From: Candidatus Saccharicenans sp.
GTDB lineage: Bacteria; Acidobacteriota; Aminicenantia; Aminicenantales; Saccharicenantaceae
DNA length: 61,676 nucleotides
NCBI GenBank assembly: GCA_029907135.1
Contig: JARYMJ010000007.1
Location: 1 to 61,676, forward strand
Direction: 5' to 3'
The notes beneath the pieces were generated by a model that worked only from the letters and a program-made list of their open reading frames with translations, ran no database searches and was not told the origin of the DNA. The position numbers and the translations under genes are program-made. Shown here piece after piece: positions 38,600 through 48,582 of this stretch (positions are counted from its first letter, which is position 1; every line of letters begins with the position of its first letter).

Positions 38600-39083
38600 A
38601 AACGGGGGACACAATACTCGTTTACCGTATTTTCGTGTGATTTTTTTGATTGATTCACCTGGCTTGAGCCTGCTTAATGGTCATTGTGGTAAGCTAACTC
38701 CTTTCCTAAGTTGTTAATAACCAAAGAGTCCTTGCCACATTTCTTTTTCACCGCACTTTTGGCTGAAGAGCCATAAAAAGATTGTCATCAATGAATCAAT
38801 TAAGATTAAGAATAGCCGTACTTGAATGGGATGGATTTTACCAGACTGGCTAGGTGTCCGGAGTAATAAGGCGAGAGGTGTCGGCCTGCCTGCCATTGCT
38901 ACCAGGTCTGCCCGGCCTTTTTATTTCGGGCTGGGGATGCCCAACTTTCTTGCTAATTAATCTTGCTCCTGGCCAGAAGAGTCGAAAGCGGCCCATCCGT
39001 TATCTTTTCTTTCTGGATTAGGACCTGGAAAATCTATTCTGCTTGGCAAAAAAATTGGGGAATGAGTATTGTGTCCCCCGTTT
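38600..39083. mobile_element. 484-bp non-coding segment bounded by perfect 20-bp inverted repeats (MITE/REP-transposase remnant candidate)
   Basis: AAACGGGGGACACAATACTC (38600-38619) and its exact reverse complement (39064-39083); AT-rich interior without a credible ORF. Confidence 0.6.
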
Positions 39084-39099
39084 CTGGGCTTGCGGGGAG

Positions 39100-40482
39100 T
39101 CAGGTTAGCTGGGACTGTAAAGCCTGAAGCTCGGCTGCGTAGCTCTCCATGAATTTTCTGATGGTCGTTTTGGCGAAAAGCCCGATGGCGGCATAATGAA
39201 AATGCAGCGTGGCCAAGTGCCTCAGGATATATTTCCAGGAATAAAACCGAGCCATGGCTTTGAAGGTCTCAACCTGGAGGGTAAGCGGAGTCAGAAGTGC
39301 CGGTTTGTGCACCACGTGGTGGGCATCATATTTGCTCCAGTCCCTGTGCAACAACCGCTGGTTCTCCATCAGGTCATAAAACAGCGGTGTTCCAGGCAGC
39401 GGAGTTAGAATCAGGAACTGGACCGTGTCTATTCCGTGCTTCCTGGCAAATTCGGTCGTCTTCCGGATAGTGTCCAGGTTATCGGTATCAGCGCCCAGGA
39501 CGAACATCCCGTGGATATGAATGCCGTAATTTTTGAGGGTCCTGATGCAGGCGATTATATCTTCCAGACCCTGTTTCTTGTTGTAAGCCTGGAGGGTGGC
39601 CGGGTTGATGGACTCAAAGCCGATGTAGAGGGTATGGCATCCAGAATCAGCCAGCAACCGGACCAGCTCAGTATCCTTAGCCACGTCCACTCTGACCTGG
39701 GTCGACCAGCACATCTTGATCTTTTCGGCCAGGATTCCCCTGAGTATTTCTTTGGTCCGGCCGGGGTCGGCGGCAAAGTTGTCATCGACGATGAACTTGG
39801 TGGCTCTGGAGACCAAAGCGGCCCGCTTTAGCTCACGGAGCGTGGCTTCGATTGACTTAAAACGGTATTTCCGGCCGAACATCTGGATGACTGAACAAAA
39901 ACGGCAACCGTAAGGACAACCTCTAGAAGTAGATATTGGGTAGATATTAGAAGGTTTCCACCTGTGAACCAGGGACAGGTCCGGCTCGGGCAGGCTGTCC
40001 AGGTCCTGGATTAATTCGCCCTGAGGATTATGGTAATTCTCCCCATCTTTTCCCCGGTAGGACAAGCCCCTAATAGCGGCCAGAGCCGGTTTACCTTTTT
40101 CTAAGTGCTCTAACAATTCCAGTAGCGAATTTTCTCCCTCTCCCCGAATCACAAAATCGGCATGGTCCAGGGCCTCCTCGGCCAGGAAAGTCACGTGTGG
40201 ACCACCCATGACTACGGGAATACCCAGAGCTCTGATCCGGTCGGCGATAGCATAGGCCCTGACGGCAGTTGAGGTTATGGTAGAGATACCGACCAGGTCA
40301 GAACTTTCTATGAAAGACCAGTCCGGCTCGGCCACGTCTTCCACGAAGACCCTGGTTTTATAGCCTCTGTCTCTGACCATGGTTGACAGCAGGACCGCCC
40401 CCAGTCGGGGTAGTGGAAACTTGCTGAAGATATGAAGTCCGGGTGAGCCGGCTTCGAGGAATGAGATTTTTTTGATAATCAT
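39100..40482 (-). CDS. B12-binding domain radical SAM protein
   Basis: DLVGIST..VVMGGPHVT (B12 domain), TSRGCPYGCRFC, VDDNF, IGFES, TPLPGT. Confidence 0.92.
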   Translation of the reverse strand: MIIKKISFLEAGSPGLHIFSKFPLPRLGAVLLSTMVRDRGYKTRVFVEDVAEPDWSFIESSDLVGISTITSTAVRAYAIADRIRALGIPVVMGGPHVTFLAEEALDHADFVIRGEGENSLLELLEHLEKGKPALAAIRGLSYRGKDGENYHNPQGELIQDLDSLPEPDLSLVHRWKPSNIYPISTSRGCPYGCRFCSVIQMFGRKYRFKSIEATLRELKRAALVSRATKFIVDDNFAADPGRTKEILRGILAEKIKMCWSTQVRVDVAKDTELVRLLADSGCHTLYIGFESINPATLQAYNKKQGLEDIIACIRTLKNYGIHIHGMFVLGADTDNLDTIRKTTEFARKHGIDTVQFLILTPLPGTPLFYDLMENQRLLHRDWSKYDAHHVVHKPALLTPLTLQVETFKAMARFYSWKYILRHLATLHFHYAAIGLFAKTTIRKFMESYAAELQALQSQLT

Positions 40483-40746
40483 GATTTTTGCGGCTTGGAA
40501 AGCCTTTTCCTTTCAAAAGATCACTGGGGATAACAACCTGATTTCTGGCTCTGAGATGTCTAAGGTCAGAATTTGCTGACAGAACGTTCTTCTAAGTGGC
40601 GGTTAAAATAGAAAAAAGTACTCTACCGGCCAGGCCGCTTTTTCTGTGGTGGGAATCAAACATAACCTCAACCCAGTCTATCTTTAATAACAGCTAGCTA
40701 GAAGTCGCTGCTTCAACCCTGAACCAGCTTTCCCCTGCTTAATCTC

Positions 40747-40775
40747 AATATATGCTCTTAATATCAGCAAGTCAA
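40747..40775 (-). promoter_or_regulatory. sigma70 promoter ~260 nt upstream of the radical SAM gene
   Basis: TTGACT-N17-TATATT on the minus strand. Confidence 0.55.
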
Positions 40776-41275
40776 GTAAATGTCTAGCTTCAGGACATTA
40801 GCGACAACCCCCTTCTGATTTTCTGGTAGAAAGTCCTTCTTATCTTTCATTTCTAAGGGCAGGCAGACGAGTCAGCCCAAGACCAAAACTGTTATTTCCC
40901 TTAGTAGAAGAGCAATTGATGTTCAACCCCACCCGGGAGGTTCTAAGATATCACAAATCTATCTGACCCAGCACCTAAAATAAAGCCGGAGGCAAATTGT
41001 CTTCTCTTTTTTAATAACTAAATCGGATCAAAAATTGAGCTTCTTGATGTGGAAAGCAACACATATGCTCAGATTTTTTTGGCTGGGTAGAAAGGCCTGG
41101 TTAGCCTGGGATAAGGTTAATAATAAAGCACAACGAGTGGTTTCCCTCAACTCCGATAGCAGAGAAGATAAAGACACCTGAAAATATCTCCCCACTCCTA
41201 AACCTGGATGAGAAGCTTACCTGCTGGTCGAAACTGCCAGTATCAACCGTTGAATTGAGGAAAACTAATTTCCCC

Positions 41276-43435
41276 TCAATCACCGACCCGGAGGCTGAGG
41301 CTCCTGGCCGCCCTGTCCCCAGTCTTTTTTTCGATAACATGGAAATAAAGGTGGTAAAGTCCCGGCTCCAGAGGCGGGGTTTTGATCCGGGCCAGGCAGG
41401 TCATCTGTCCGCCTTCATGACGGCCTGAAAGTGGAATCAGTTCCGAGGGGATAGTTTCGGCCCGACCCTCTCTAGATTGAATCAGAACGCTCTTGAACTC
41501 CAGCTCCGGGCTTTCGACCGCGGTCGAAGCACAGATCAATACGGCATAAAATTCATCGGTGCCAGCTTTAAGCCTGGGGCTGACCAGGGTATATCTATTC
41601 CAACCCGGCGGGAAGAAAAGGGGACTATTATCATGTTCGGAAATAGGCCCGGCTGTCAGTAGGGCGGGCAGGCCCAGGGTCAGTTTTTCTGGTTGCTCGC
41701 CACCCAGGGCCAGGTCGGTGGAGCCGACAGCCGATTGCCCGGTATCCAGGTTTCTCATCACCACCCGGCCGCGGTATTCTCCTGCCGGCAGCTCAAAAGG
41801 CGGGGAAAAGTATACAGCCCCGGCTTCAGTTTCCGGCAGCGAGCTTAGCTTGATTTTCCTGCGTTCCAGGGCGGCCAGGCGATCCTCTTTGTCAAAAATC
41901 ACAAACAGCAGCTCCAGCTTGTTTCCGGCGAGCTTGGTTATTTCCTGCCGGACCAGCCTGGCCCAGAGCATGAGGTTCTCCTTCCCTTTCTCGTAGAAGC
42001 TGAAGCTTCCGCTCTCCAGCGCCAGAGGCTCCTGCAGCAGCGGCTTTTCGCTCAGGCACAGGTCGACCAGGTGAAGTTGCTTTTCCAGGGCAGTCAGGTC
42101 TTTGAAGGGCTTGGGGTTGAAATAACCTTTCTGGGCATAAACCTTGGCTTTGGGCCGGTTGACCTTAACCTTGAGTTCATGATACTGACCATCCCACTGG
42201 GCATCGACATAATAACCGAGAACGTAATAGCAGCCGGTTATCTTCTGGACCTCTTCCAGCCCCCGGGTGTAGTTATGGATGTTGCCGAAATACTTGCCGC
42301 CCGAGTAGTCGGCAATCTTGCCCAGGGTCAGGATGCCGGTCAGCCTCAGGTCCTGGTTAATTCTGGCCACGCTGTCTTCGGTATCGAAAGCATAGACCAC
42401 CAGGTTGGCGTGGCTGATGGCTTTCTGCATATCCTCAAGGTAATATTGAAGCTGGGTCTGGCCCCAGTCCTGCCTCCAGGTGCCCCCGGATCGGTCCTCG
42501 GTCTGAATACCATAGATGAGTGAATAAGGTATACCCGAAGAAAAAAGGATGAGGTGCTTGATACCTGGCAGGTAACCGAGAGCCTGGGCCAGCTTGGTCA
42601 TCTCCCGGAGAAAGGTCAACGCCTGCACTCGGCTTTCTGAGGTCAGGAAGGCCCTTTTCATTTCTTCCGAAACGTTGGGCAAATCCATGATGGGGTCTTT
42701 TTCCGGCTTGGACCAGATGCCAGCGCCTACCCCGCCTCGCTGGCTGACATCCAGGGGATTTTCTTCCGTTGCCTGCTGCCAGTATCTGGCCTCCAGGTTT
42801 TCCACGCTCCCCTGGTAGTCCTTGAGACCAATGGCCTCCACGAAGCGGCGCACTTTATTGTGATCCCGGGACAGGTATTCGCGGACGGCCAGGCCGCCTT
42901 CAAGGGAATAGGTGATGATGCCGACCTCATCGTCGGCCTGGATGGTGTTATCCAGAAAATGCAGGGCGGCTTTCCGGGTGGCCCGTAATCCTTTCTGGTT
43001 GTTATAAACAAAATCAAAAAACAGGAAGAATTTCCTGCTGGCCGGTTCCGCCTCTCGGGATGAAACGGCCAGGGCTTTTTCGGTGTCCGGCGGGAGCAGA
43101 AAGGACTGCAAGTGTTTCTCAAACTCGGTCAGATTTTTTTTCTGGCCGTTATCATAGACTTCAAAATCCCCTTTTTCCAGGTCGGTCAGAGGCTGCCCCT
43201 TGCTGTCGGTGACGTAGACCTGGATTAATTTCAAGGTGACTGAAATTTCGTGCTGGGGTTTGAACTGGGGTGGTTCTTCCTGGGCCAGAATCAGGGAGGG
43301 GTAGGAAAAAGCAAATAAAAACGCGGTGGCCAACAAAAAAGCCATCGGAGAAAATCTACCTCTATTGGCAGCTTTCAGTATTGGTTTTCTTTTATAGGGC
43401 CTCATGGTTGCTCCGACTGCCAGCCTGATAACCAT
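41276..43435 (-). CDS. Exported VWA-domain protein (Acidobacterial VWFA-related type)
   Basis: VYVTDSKGQPLTDLEKGDFEVYDNG, FFLFFD, KHLILFSSG, ADYSGG, YYVLGY. True start is probably somewhat downstream. Confidence 0.85.
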   Translation of the reverse strand: MVIRLAVGATMRPYKRKPILKAANRGRFSPMAFLLATAFLFAFSYPSLILAQEEPPQFKPQHEISVTLKLIQVYVTDSKGQPLTDLEKGDFEVYDNGQKKNLTEFEKHLQSFLLPPDTEKALAVSSREAEPASRKFFLFFDFVYNNQKGLRATRKAALHFLDNTIQADDEVGIITYSLEGGLAVREYLSRDHNKVRRFVEAIGLKDYQGSVENLEARYWQQATEENPLDVSQRGGVGAGIWSKPEKDPIMDLPNVSEEMKRAFLTSESRVQALTFLREMTKLAQALGYLPGIKHLILFSSGIPYSLIYGIQTEDRSGGTWRQDWGQTQLQYYLEDMQKAISHANLVVYAFDTEDSVARINQDLRLTGILTLGKIADYSGGKYFGNIHNYTRGLEEVQKITGCYYVLGYYVDAQWDGQYHELKVKVNRPKAKVYAQKGYFNPKPFKDLTALEKQLHLVDLCLSEKPLLQEPLALESGSFSFYEKGKENLMLWARLVRQEITKLAGNKLELLFVIFDKEDRLAALERRKIKLSSLPETEAGAVYFSPPFELPAGEYRGRVVMRNLDTGQSAVGSTDLALGGEQPEKLTLGLPALLTAGPISEHDNSPLFFPPGWNRYTLVSPRLKAGTDEFYAVLICASTAVESPELEFKSVLIQSREGRAETIPSELIPLSGRHEGGQMTCLARIKTPPLEPGLYHLYFHVIEKKTGDRAARSLSLRVGD

Positions 43436-43706
43436 CTATTATTTTAGTCCCTTTCTCTACTAATTGCACCAGAAAGATAAGGGATAATTCTGCCTGGAAC
43501 ATTTGAGAGTTAGGATGCCTGAAGCCATCTGTCCGAGGGGGTCAAAAAAATCAGGAAATATGTAGGATGGCCCCTATTTATCTTATTGATTATCTGGTAT
43601 AATTAGCTCCTTACGACAAAACCAGAGGGTGATGGATGATGAGGCGGTTGAAGGTGGCCCCGACTCAGGCTGAAGCCTGCGGGGAAAAGCTGGTTGAGGT
43701 GGTAAC

Positions 43707-46700
43707 ATGCTTCAAACAAAGCCTTCTGATGGCGCCCCCGGTAAGAAGTTCTGGACCGCCGCTTTCATTTTTCTGACCATAATTCTACTGACCGGCGGAT
43801 ATTTCTTTCTCCGTCAGGAAATCAAGAACGTTCGTGGTGAAAAATCGGAAACCCTAATATCCATCGCCCGGCTTAAAGAGGAAGGGATAAGGCAATGGCG
43901 CCAAGAAAGATTGAGTGATGCGGTCAATATCTCCCAGAGCCCTCTGTTTTCCAGTGCTCTGGGTGAGTGGCTTCAGAAGCTGGATAACCAGCAGCTGAAA
44001 CAGGATATCATAAACAGACTGGAGCTAGCCCGCAGGGCCTACGGTTATGAAAACATCCTGGTCGTATATAGGGATTCCCGGGTAATGCTTTCCTTGAAAG
44101 AAGATATGGAAGCTCTGGATCCACAGATTATCCTGGCTCTAGAAAGAGCCCTGAACTGGCGCGAAACCGTTTTATCAGAACTCCAGAAGGATCCCTCGGG
44201 ACTTATCTTTTTGAACAGCGTTTCCCCGATAATCTCCAAAGAGGGCTCGGTTCTGGGGGGTTTGATTTTAAGGATGGATGCCAATTTATTCTTGTATCCA
44301 TTTCTTGAGTCCTGGCCCAGCCGCACCCAGACAGTCGAGACCATGCTGGTCAAACAGCAAGATGAACGGGTAGTGTATCTCAGCGAGCTTCGTCACCGTC
44401 GCCAGTCCGCTCTCAGTGTTGGACCTGCCCTGAGCCAGGCCTCGCTGCCAGTGGTCAGGGCCGTCCTGGGGCAGACCGGCGTTTTTGAGGGCGATGACTA
44501 CCGGGGCATAAAGGTACTGGCCGACATTCGCCCGGTGCCGGAATCTTCCTGGTTCCTGGTTACCAAGATTGATGCGGCTGAAATTCTGGCCGAAGCTCGT
44601 TATCGCAGCACCAAGACGACGGTCATCCTGGGGCTGCTGATAGTTATGGCCGGGGGTCTGGCCATCCTCGGTTTCCGTCGGCAAAAGCTCTTGTATTTCC
44701 GGTCACTTTTCCAGGCTGAGAAACGTCGACGGGAAACTCAAGAAGAATTTCGCACAATACTCTACAGCATCGGTGATGCAGTGATCACCACTGATAGAGA
44801 GGGAATGATTAAAGTTATGAACCCAATGGCAGAGAAAATAACCGGCTGGAAAGAAGAAGAGGCCGTGGGGAAACCGTTGGGTGAAATCTTCTATATTATC
44901 AACGAGGCAACCAGGGCCAGGGTGCAGGATCCAGTCAGCCGTGTACTCCAGGAAGGCGTGATTATCGGACTGGCCAACAATACTCTCCTGGTGTCCCGCG
45001 AGGGGAAGGAGATTCCCATTGCTGACGCCGGCGCGCCCATTCGTGATGAACAGGGCAATATCAGCGGTGTGGTGCTGGTGTTCCGCGACCAGACCAGGGA
45101 GCGGGCTGACCGCCTGGCCCTGGAGGAAAGTGAGAAAAGATTCCGGGTGGTGGTGGAAAACTCCCATGCCGGAGTGCTGATTGTCAACCAGGATTACAGG
45201 TTTGAGTATGTCAACCAGAGGCTCTGTGAATTTCTGGGCCGGTCACAGGATGAAATCCTCGGACATGATTTCCGAGAATTTCTGGATGAAGAATCCAGGA
45301 CCCTGGTGGCCGACCGTTATCTTCGCCGTCAGCGGGGCGAGGAAGTTCCTTCCAGGTACGAATTCAACGTAGTCAGGAAAGACGGGGAAAAAAGAAGAAT
45401 CGAAATCAGTTCGGCCATCGTCAAGTGTCTTAAAGGCGGGGTAATAACCATGGCCCAGGTACTCGATATTACCGAGCAGAAACTGGCGGAACAAGCACTG
45501 CGGGCCAGCGAGGAGAAATACCGCATCCTATATGAGTTTGCCGGCGAAGCCATTTTCACTTACACCCTGGACCTGAAATTGCTGGACGTTAACAGGGCGG
45601 CTTGTGATTATGTCGGCCGGAGCCGGGAAGAGATGTTGGGGCGGGATGTTCTGGAATTGGGAATTCTCCATCCGGAAGATGTCCAGCGGGCGCTTGATAA
45701 TCTGAAAAGCATCACCCAGGGCGGTCAGGAAATCACCATCGACAAGCTCCGCTTCCTGGGAAAAGACGGTTCTTATGCCACCTACCTGGTGACCTCTACT
45801 CCGGTTGTTCGCAGTGGGCAGATTGTGGCCATTACCAACATTTGCCGCGATGTTACTCTTGAAGATAAGCTTCACGCCGAGCTGGAAGCTTCTGAGAAGA
45901 AATACCGTTTCCTGTTCAATGCTGGTAACGATGCCATCTTTGTTTACCGTTTAACCAAGGAGCGGCGTCTCGACCGATTCGTTGAAGCCAACGAGCTGGC
46001 CTGCCGGCTGACCGGTTATACAAAAGAAGAATTGATGGAGTTGACTCCGGTTGACCTGGTAGTGCCCGAGGAAAGAGAGGCCGTCAATGAGTCCAACCTG
46101 GAGATAAGCCGAAAAAAACAGCGGGTCTTTGAGCGGACCCTCCTGGCCAAAGACGGCCGGCGCATTCCCTGCGAGATTTCCTCACATTTGTTCGAGATGA
46201 ATGGCCAGCCGACCATCCTGGCCATTGCCCGCGATATAACCGAGCGAAAGAAAGCCGAGGAAAGCCTGCGAGCCGCCCTAAGGGAAAAGGACGTCATGCT
46301 CAAGGAAATTCATCACCGGGTGAAGAATAACATGCAGGTCATGTCCAGCCTGTTGAGGCTGCAGGCAGCCCAGCTGACCGACAGGAAGGCCCGGGAAGCT
46401 TTCAGAAAAAGTCAGACCCGCATCCAATCAATGGCTATGATACACGAGAAGCTCTACCAGTCCGGCAACCTGGCCAGCGTGGATTTTGCCGACTACGTGG
46501 ATAAGCTGGTGACCCATCTTTTTGTGGTCTATGAAGTCAATCCGGGGCAGGTTAGTTTTATGAACGAGGTCGGCCAGGTTGGCCTGGATGTTAATCAGGC
46601 CATTCCCTGTGGGCTGATCGTCAACGAGCTGGTTTCCAATGCCCTGAAACATGCCTTCCGCGGGAGTAAAAAAGGGGAGCTGACGGTCAGGCTGTATGAA

Positions 46701-46880
46701 GACGGGGAGGGCCGCCATCATCTGGTGGTTAAGGACAATGGAACGCCCCTCTCAGAAAAGATTAACATCCATAAATCCAGGACCTTGGGTTTCCAGATCA
46801 TAAACGACCTGACCGGCCAGCTGGATGGCACCTTAGAATACCGACGTAATGGCGGCAACGAATTTGAAATCACCTTCTAA
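43707..46880 (+). CDS. Cache/multi-PAS sensor histidine kinase (HisKA_2 type)
   Basis: Two TM helices, periplasmic DYRG motif, four PAS/PAC blocks, EIHHRVKNNMQ, ELVSNALKHAF. Confidence 0.92.
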   Translation: MLQTKPSDGAPGKKFWTAAFIFLTIILLTGGYFFLRQEIKNVRGEKSETLISIARLKEEGIRQWRQERLSDAVNISQSPLFSSALGEWLQKLDNQQLKQDIINRLELARRAYGYENILVVYRDSRVMLSLKEDMEALDPQIILALERALNWRETVLSELQKDPSGLIFLNSVSPIISKEGSVLGGLILRMDANLFLYPFLESWPSRTQTVETMLVKQQDERVVYLSELRHRRQSALSVGPALSQASLPVVRAVLGQTGVFEGDDYRGIKVLADIRPVPESSWFLVTKIDAAEILAEARYRSTKTTVILGLLIVMAGGLAILGFRRQKLLYFRSLFQAEKRRRETQEEFRTILYSIGDAVITTDREGMIKVMNPMAEKITGWKEEEAVGKPLGEIFYIINEATRARVQDPVSRVLQEGVIIGLANNTLLVSREGKEIPIADAGAPIRDEQGNISGVVLVFRDQTRERADRLALEESEKRFRVVVENSHAGVLIVNQDYRFEYVNQRLCEFLGRSQDEILGHDFREFLDEESRTLVADRYLRRQRGEEVPSRYEFNVVRKDGEKRRIEISSAIVKCLKGGVITMAQVLDITEQKLAEQALRASEEKYRILYEFAGEAIFTYTLDLKLLDVNRAACDYVGRSREEMLGRDVLELGILHPEDVQRALDNLKSITQGGQEITIDKLRFLGKDGSYATYLVTSTPVVRSGQIVAITNICRDVTLEDKLHAELEASEKKYRFLFNAGNDAIFVYRLTKERRLDRFVEANELACRLTGYTKEELMELTPVDLVVPEEREAVNESNLEISRKKQRVFERTLLAKDGRRIPCEISSHLFEMNGQPTILAIARDITERKKAEESLRAALREKDVMLKEIHHRVKNNMQVMSSLLRLQAAQLTDRKAREAFRKSQTRIQSMAMIHEKLYQSGNLASVDFADYVDKLVTHLFVVYEVNPGQVSFMNEVGQVGLDVNQAIPCGLIVNELVSNALKHAFRGSKKGELTVRLYEDGEGRHHLVVKDNGTPLSEKINIHKSRTLGFQIINDLTGQLDGTLEYRRNGGNEFEITF

Positions 46881-46960
46881 GAGGGGACACCTGTCAGGTG
46901 TCCCCTTTTTTAGAGCTGCCTCTCGGGGAAAAATCCGGGGACACCCGTCAAGTGTCCCCT
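46879..46960. repeat. Palindromic REP-like doublet, copy 1
   Basis: AAGAGGGGACACCTG-T-CAGGTGTCCCCTTTT, spacer GCTGCCTCTCGGGGAAAAATCC, then GGGGACACCCGTCAAGTGTCCCC; fills the whole gap between convergent stops. Confidence 0.9.
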
Positions 46961-48557
46961 AGTAAAGTTTATGGCCGCGATTGTCGTAGATGATGAAGGC
47001 CGGGAGGTTTTGGACGACGATTTTACGCACGGCTTCCATGCCCAGGTCTTCAAAGTCAATCACTTCTGAGGAGATGATGTATTCCCTGGCCACCAGGGCG
47101 GCCGCCCCGCCGATGGTCCCGAGATAGAATCCGTTATAGCGGCGGCAGGCTTCAATCACCCTGTCGGACCGATTGCCCTTGGCCAGCATCACCCGGGAAG
47201 CGCCGGACTTCATGAATTCTTCTACGTAACTGTCCATTCTCTGGGCAGTGGTCGGCCCGAAGCTGCCAGTCGGCCAGCTCCGGGGCGCTTTGGCAGGTCC
47301 GGCATAATAGACCGGGTGCTTCTTGAAATATTCCGGCAGGGGCTGCCCGCTGTCCAGCATTTTTTTAAGTCTGAGATGGGCCATATCCCGGGCCACGATC
47401 AGCGTTCCACTTAACCTGAGCCGCGTGCCCACCGGATAGCGTGACAGCTCTTCCGCCAGAGAGTCTACTGGCTCATCCAGGTTTATGGCCGGAGCTTCCT
47501 CCAGCTTCAGCCGGTCAATCTTTTTCAGGAAGCGGGCCGGGTTTCTGTCCATAGCTTCTACAAAAATTCCGTGGCGGTTGATCTTGGCTATGAGGTTGCG
47601 GTCGGCATTGCAGCTGAGGCCGATCCCCACCGGCAGCGAACCCCCGTGCCGGGGCAACCTGATCACCCTGGCTTCCACGGCCAGGGCCACCCCACCGAAC
47701 TGGGCCCCCAGGCCAGTTTCCCGGGCTATCTGCAGAACTTTCTTTTCCCATTCCAGGTCGCGGTAGCCGTGGGGCCGGCCGGTGGGCCTGGTGACCAGGT
47801 TGTCCAGGAAGCCGGCGCTGGCCAGCTTGACCGTCTTTGTGGTCATTTCCGGGGACAGGCCGCCGATAACCACAGCCAGCCGGTATGGCGGGCAGGCGGC
47901 CACGCCGATGGCCCTGATCTTCTCGCGCAGGAAATCCAGCAGGGTTGTCTCGTCCCGGAGCAGCGACTTGTTTTCCTGGTAAAGCGCCGTTTTGTTGGAA
48001 GAACCTCCTCCCTTGGCCACGAAGTAAAAGCGGTATTCGCTTCCGGGTGTACTGAAAATTTCAATCTGGGCCGGTAAGTTATTACCGGTGTTTTTTTCTT
48101 CTAGGATGGACAGCGGGGCGTTCTGTGAAGCCCTGAGGTTGAAGGTGGTGTAAGCCTCGAAAACACCCCGGCTCAGGTACCTGGCGTCATCCACTCCCGT
48201 CAGAACCCTTTCTCCTTTATAACCTATAATATTGGCGGTTCCGGTATCCTGGCATAGGGGCAGAAGTCCTTCGGCTGAAATGACAGCATTCCTCAAGAGT
48301 GCCGCTGCTACGAACCGGTCGTTGTCCGAGGCTTCCGGGTCATCCAGGATAGAAGCCAGGTTTTCCAGGTGGGAGGTCCTGAAGTAAAAATTCACCAGGA
48401 AAAAGGCCTGCCTGGCCAGAAGGCGCAGGGCTTCCGCCTGGACTTCCAGGAATTTTCTGCCACGGAACTTAATTTCTTGGACGTAATTTGATGTCAGTTT
48501 TACATACCGGGTTTGGTCCCGCTCCTGCTTGAAGAGTGGAGTATATTCAAACTTCAT
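46959..48557 (-). CDS. Class I (Fe-S) fumarate hydratase, probable mesaconase
   Basis: PLCQDTG, NTGNNLPAQI, KGGGS, ACPPY, ARDMAH, YYAGPAK, GPTTAQRM, AKGNR; last gene of the methylaspartate operon. Confidence 0.9.
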   Translation of the reverse strand: MKFEYTPLFKQERDQTRYVKLTSNYVQEIKFRGRKFLEVQAEALRLLARQAFFLVNFYFRTSHLENLASILDDPEASDNDRFVAAALLRNAVISAEGLLPLCQDTGTANIIGYKGERVLTGVDDARYLSRGVFEAYTTFNLRASQNAPLSILEEKNTGNNLPAQIEIFSTPGSEYRFYFVAKGGGSSNKTALYQENKSLLRDETTLLDFLREKIRAIGVAACPPYRLAVVIGGLSPEMTTKTVKLASAGFLDNLVTRPTGRPHGYRDLEWEKKVLQIARETGLGAQFGGVALAVEARVIRLPRHGGSLPVGIGLSCNADRNLIAKINRHGIFVEAMDRNPARFLKKIDRLKLEEAPAINLDEPVDSLAEELSRYPVGTRLRLSGTLIVARDMAHLRLKKMLDSGQPLPEYFKKHPVYYAGPAKAPRSWPTGSFGPTTAQRMDSYVEEFMKSGASRVMLAKGNRSDRVIEACRRYNGFYLGTIGGAAALVAREYIISSEVIDFEDLGMEAVRKIVVQNLPAFIIYDNRGHKLY

Positions 48558-48582
48558 GTCAGGTCCTTTCTTCGGGACAGTT

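Noticed and set aside
38714-38896. 60-aa ORF inside the inverted-repeat element as a transposase
   Set aside because: Too short, with no HUH or DDE motif.
40483-40745. Cobalamin riboswitch upstream of the B12 radical SAM gene
   Set aside because: Only scattered fragments (GCCACT, AGCCAG); the ordered B12-box core is not present.
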